Virus record (IMG/VR): IMGVR_UViG_3300036773_000096
Span: 1-64,000 of that record
Reading direction: 5' to 3' (one strand)
Length of the DNA stretch: 64,000 bases
From: a virus
The first letter of the stretch is position 1. Every line of letters starts with the position of its first letter. Positions 62,401 through 64,000 of this stretch are shown in pieces. A program made the translations under genes and the position numbers. The notes below the pieces were generated by a model, which was not told the origin of the DNA, ran no database searches, and saw nothing but the letters and a program-made list of their open reading frames with translations.

Positions 62401-64000
62401 TAGCGGAGTCCCCCGCCGCCGACGCCTGCGCAGACGCGAGCTGCGCTTTCATCGTCGCCATTTCCCGGTCAATGTAAGCCTGCATCGCCGGGCGAGACAT
62501 CGGGATGGCTTCCATGGCCTTTTGAGTGAGGATAATGGCATCCCACTCACCCGTGGCCGCACGCGCGACGAACTCCCGGCGCTTATCCCCAGCCAGATCA
62601 TCGGTACCGGCGGCCAGGACCTTAGCGTTGGGGTAGATCTGGAGGTATTCGCGGGAGAACTGCTCCAGCATGTGATTGGGAATGACAATGGCGGGCTTGT
62701 TCGCCAGGCCCAGTCGCTTCAGCTCAGCGGTGCCCATCGCCATCTCAGCGGTCTTGCCGGCGCCGACGACGTGAGCGAGCAACGCGCACGGCTCGGACAC
62801 CATGCGGTTGACCGCCCCCACCTGATGATCGAAGGGGTCGAAGCTGTCGGCCATGCCGGGGAACACCCGTGGCATGTCGTCATAGGAGCGCAACCGGATC
62901 GCGTTGAACTGGTTGTTGTAGGCGGCCAGCAGGCGCCGGGTGCGATCGGAGTCCTCCCACAGCCACTCGGAGAACCGATCCGACAACTCCTCGGCCTTGG
63001 CCTGGGCGGCAGTGGTCGCCTCCAGGTTCGGGTAGGACTTCGACTTGCCGTCGGCGTCTTTGATGGTGTCGCGGACCTGGATGGACCGCTGCTCCAGCAG
63101 GGACTGAATGATCTCCCCGGCGGAGAGCCGGTCAGTGCCCCACTCCTCAGTGGCCTTAGTGCCCCACTGGCCGCCTTCCACGGTCCAAATGCCGCCACCT
63201 GACGTAGAGACCTTGATGGAGTGGTACGGGTCATCGCCGTCGGAAAGCAGCTCCACCATGAACGCGCGGACGTCGTCAGCGGGGATCCACGCGGCCCCCA
63301 GGCGCCCGTCGACCTCGTCGACACCCAGGTCCGGGGGGATCACCGCTTCCAGCGCGGTGACGTTCTTAGCGAAGCGGTCATCACGCTTGGCGGCCTCACG
63401 GGCGGCGGCGAGCTTGCGGCGCACGTTGCCGGACAGGTACGCGGCGGCCGGCTCCAGGGAACCTTCGGAGCGAACCGCCTCACCGACGGAGTCCAGCGCG
63501 GAAGTGTCCGGGGCGTCGTCGAGGTTCAGCCCCGCTGAGATCCCGCCGAAACGCCCGCCGTCGCTGGCGATCCCGGATGCCTCTTCGATGTGGGCGCGGA
63601 ACGCGGCGTCGGCGTCGGCCGCTGACAGTGGTGGCTGCTCGAAAACCAGATCACCCAGGCGCTCGCGTGCGCCGGCCTCATCGGTGTCCAGCATGGTGGC
63701 GATCGCGGGGAGGTTCACCCGGCCGTAGGTGTCCATGGACAGCGCGACGGCGTCCTCGGGACTGTCAGCGTGGGTGGGGATCTCCCGTGGGGTGCTGGCC
63801 CGTTTGCGGAAGATGCTGGTCTTGGATTCGGTGCCGGTCTCGGCGTCGTAGGCGCCCAGGGCGCGCACGATCGCCGACATGGGGTCTTTGCGGAACAGGT
63901 TGCGCGCCGGGTCGGGCTTGCGCGCCCCCGATTTGGTCAGCGTGTAGTGGTTGACCGGCCCGTACTTTTTGGTGAACGCGTCGTAGCGGTCATTGAGCTG
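59486..64000 (-). CDS. giant DarB-like SNF2 helicase protein, 5' end outside window
   Basis: Frame stays open from 63880 to 64000 (QLNDRYDAFTKKYGPVN); RLGAAWIP, AHVVGAGKT, VDEAHMY, FATGTPIRN, QIVFCD, GSTEKMGVGTNVQ, PWRPSDVEQRDGRIMRQGN. Confidence 0.9.
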   Translation of the reverse strand, partial: QLNDRYDAFTKKYGPVNHYTLTKSGARKPDPARNLFRKDPMSAIVRALGAYDAETGTESKTSIFRKRASTPREIPTHADSPEDAVALSMDTYGRVNLPAIATMLDTDEAGARERLGDLVFEQPPLSAADADAAFRAHIEEASGIASDGGRFGGISAGLNLDDAPDTSALDSVGEAVRSEGSLEPAAAYLSGNVRRKLAAAREAAKRDDRFAKNVTALEAVIPPDLGVDEVDGRLGAAWIPADDVRAFMVELLSDGDDPYHSIKVSTSGGGIWTVEGGQWGTKATEEWGTDRLSAGEIIQSLLEQRSIQVRDTIKDADGKSKSYPNLEATTAAQAKAEELSDRFSEWLWEDSDRTRRLLAAYNNQFNAIRLRSYDDMPRVFPGMADSFDPFDHQVGAVNRMVSEPCALLAHVVGAGKTAEMAMGTAELKRLGLANKPAIVIPNHMLEQFSREYLQIYPNAKVLAAGTDDLAGDKRREFVARAATGEWDAIILTQKAMEAIPMSRPAMQAYIDREMATMKAQLASAQASAAGDSAKEKTVKKMENSLIKAEEALKAKLDKVKDAGVSWEETGIDYLCVDEAHMYSNLRTISNIQGAGATGSDMASDLHMKMEHLRANNKSGRVGTFATGTPIRNTVTQAYIMQRFLDPETLREAGIHSFDQWAATFGKTVDEMELKPEGTGFRQTTRFAKFRNVPELLRLFHLFADVKMADDLNLKTPDLATGGVQNVIVPASPELSAYVQELGQRAEDVRNGKVKPEDDNMLKISGDGRKAALSMALVGEKHQPGKIEEAADNIYKIWDANKDRPVPKDINDPAGGDDPPPGGMQIVFCDMGTPGGAGMNAYQKLRDELAARGMDPKSIRFMHEAKNDREKAELFAAARNGQVSVLVGSTEKMGVGTNVQRRAVALHHLDAPWRPSDVEQRDGRIMRQGNTNKEVAIFRYVTEGSFDAYMWQTLERKKKFIDQIMRGKMGDVREIEDVGDTALSYAEVKALATGNPLLMDKAKVDVTVGKLTRLERQHARTQTNLRRDVVSYGANAEQADADAAAYNAAIAKRTDISGDKYSINVAGITARTRADGATLLKSAMQDQIRERRYGYAGSKPKPLGTIGGHVLLGQPEVHYDKLGTKRFGMTLSWEGLPGNIVHISPSDVEKLGAGINTTLANSLNNLEFRRDLQVDRAASLRSEAATMKARIGVPFAHAAALKEATAESARLQAAMEAAGMKGDAGPQQDEATKGLATARTKASAKVALMGRGSAGPEKDRLKRFSIPAASPDAAASPDGTLAALGSGNKLEVFMTSDGELIPRPDDARGAIDNVHALLDDLAALDFPWAEGHWAINRRIQPGYSGGYEAPDYSKPYEERERIRKAKEAARQAEADAERAKIDAVWKRHLVVEEKTAGSLVDELTMLRAARLGVEFKLRAQQGPKPSDTDADGPDTDGPEDVESYEDTVIEGYRYVMDASGMLVKVAPCPECGNDIMIPAYGMVGTAPCPSCGTGALQGRATATVG

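Noticed and set aside
1-64000. tRNA, rRNA, integrase/att site, transposase, reverse transcriptase/DGR, intein or intron
   Set aside because: None recognised by eye; tRNAscan-SE and HMM searches would be needed to exclude them firmly

Overview
High-GC actinobacterial tailed-phage (or prophage) DNA encoding a contractile tail and an HK97-fold capsid (myovirus-like). No host housekeeping genes, integrase, DNA polymerase, portal, tRNA, rRNA or CRISPR array were recognised. The left arm (1-25.2 kb, + strand) is a tightly coupled early/replication region: Nudix hydrolase, RecD2/Dda-like, SNF2 and UvrD helicases, DnaQ-like exonuclease, SSB-like protein, RepB'-type primase, RapZ C-terminal domain protein, Cas4/RecB-like nuclease, DUF1643, MazG-like protein, VRR-NUC, an out-of-place terminase large subunit, a zincin-like protein and a double-HTH regulator. 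The right arm (25.2-64 kb, mostly - strand) holds, in transcription order: a giant DarB-like SNF2 helicase running off the window end, major capsid, Ig-like decoration protein, an accessory island, neck genes, sheath, tube, chaperones, tape measure, LysM, hub, spike, baseplate, fibres, lysis genes and a long 20-aa-repeat fibre. Highlights: (1) a coupled three-gene class F sortase cassette with its own secreted substrate(s) in the head/neck module; (2) a DarB-like protein directly upstream of the capsid gene; (3) a MetE/UROD-fold Zn enzyme inserted between spike and baseplate wedge; (4) nine copies of a fixed-spacing element TGnTAnnnT-N7-GTTCCG(G/A), all upstream of non-structural genes or a candidate sRNA; (5) a hairpin whose loop is complementary to the endolysin Shine-Dalgarno; (6) a candidate structured sRNA; (7) a tail-chaperone -1 frameshift confined to a 13-nt window without a canonical slippery site. 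All family calls are by motif recognition; no searches or folding programs were run.
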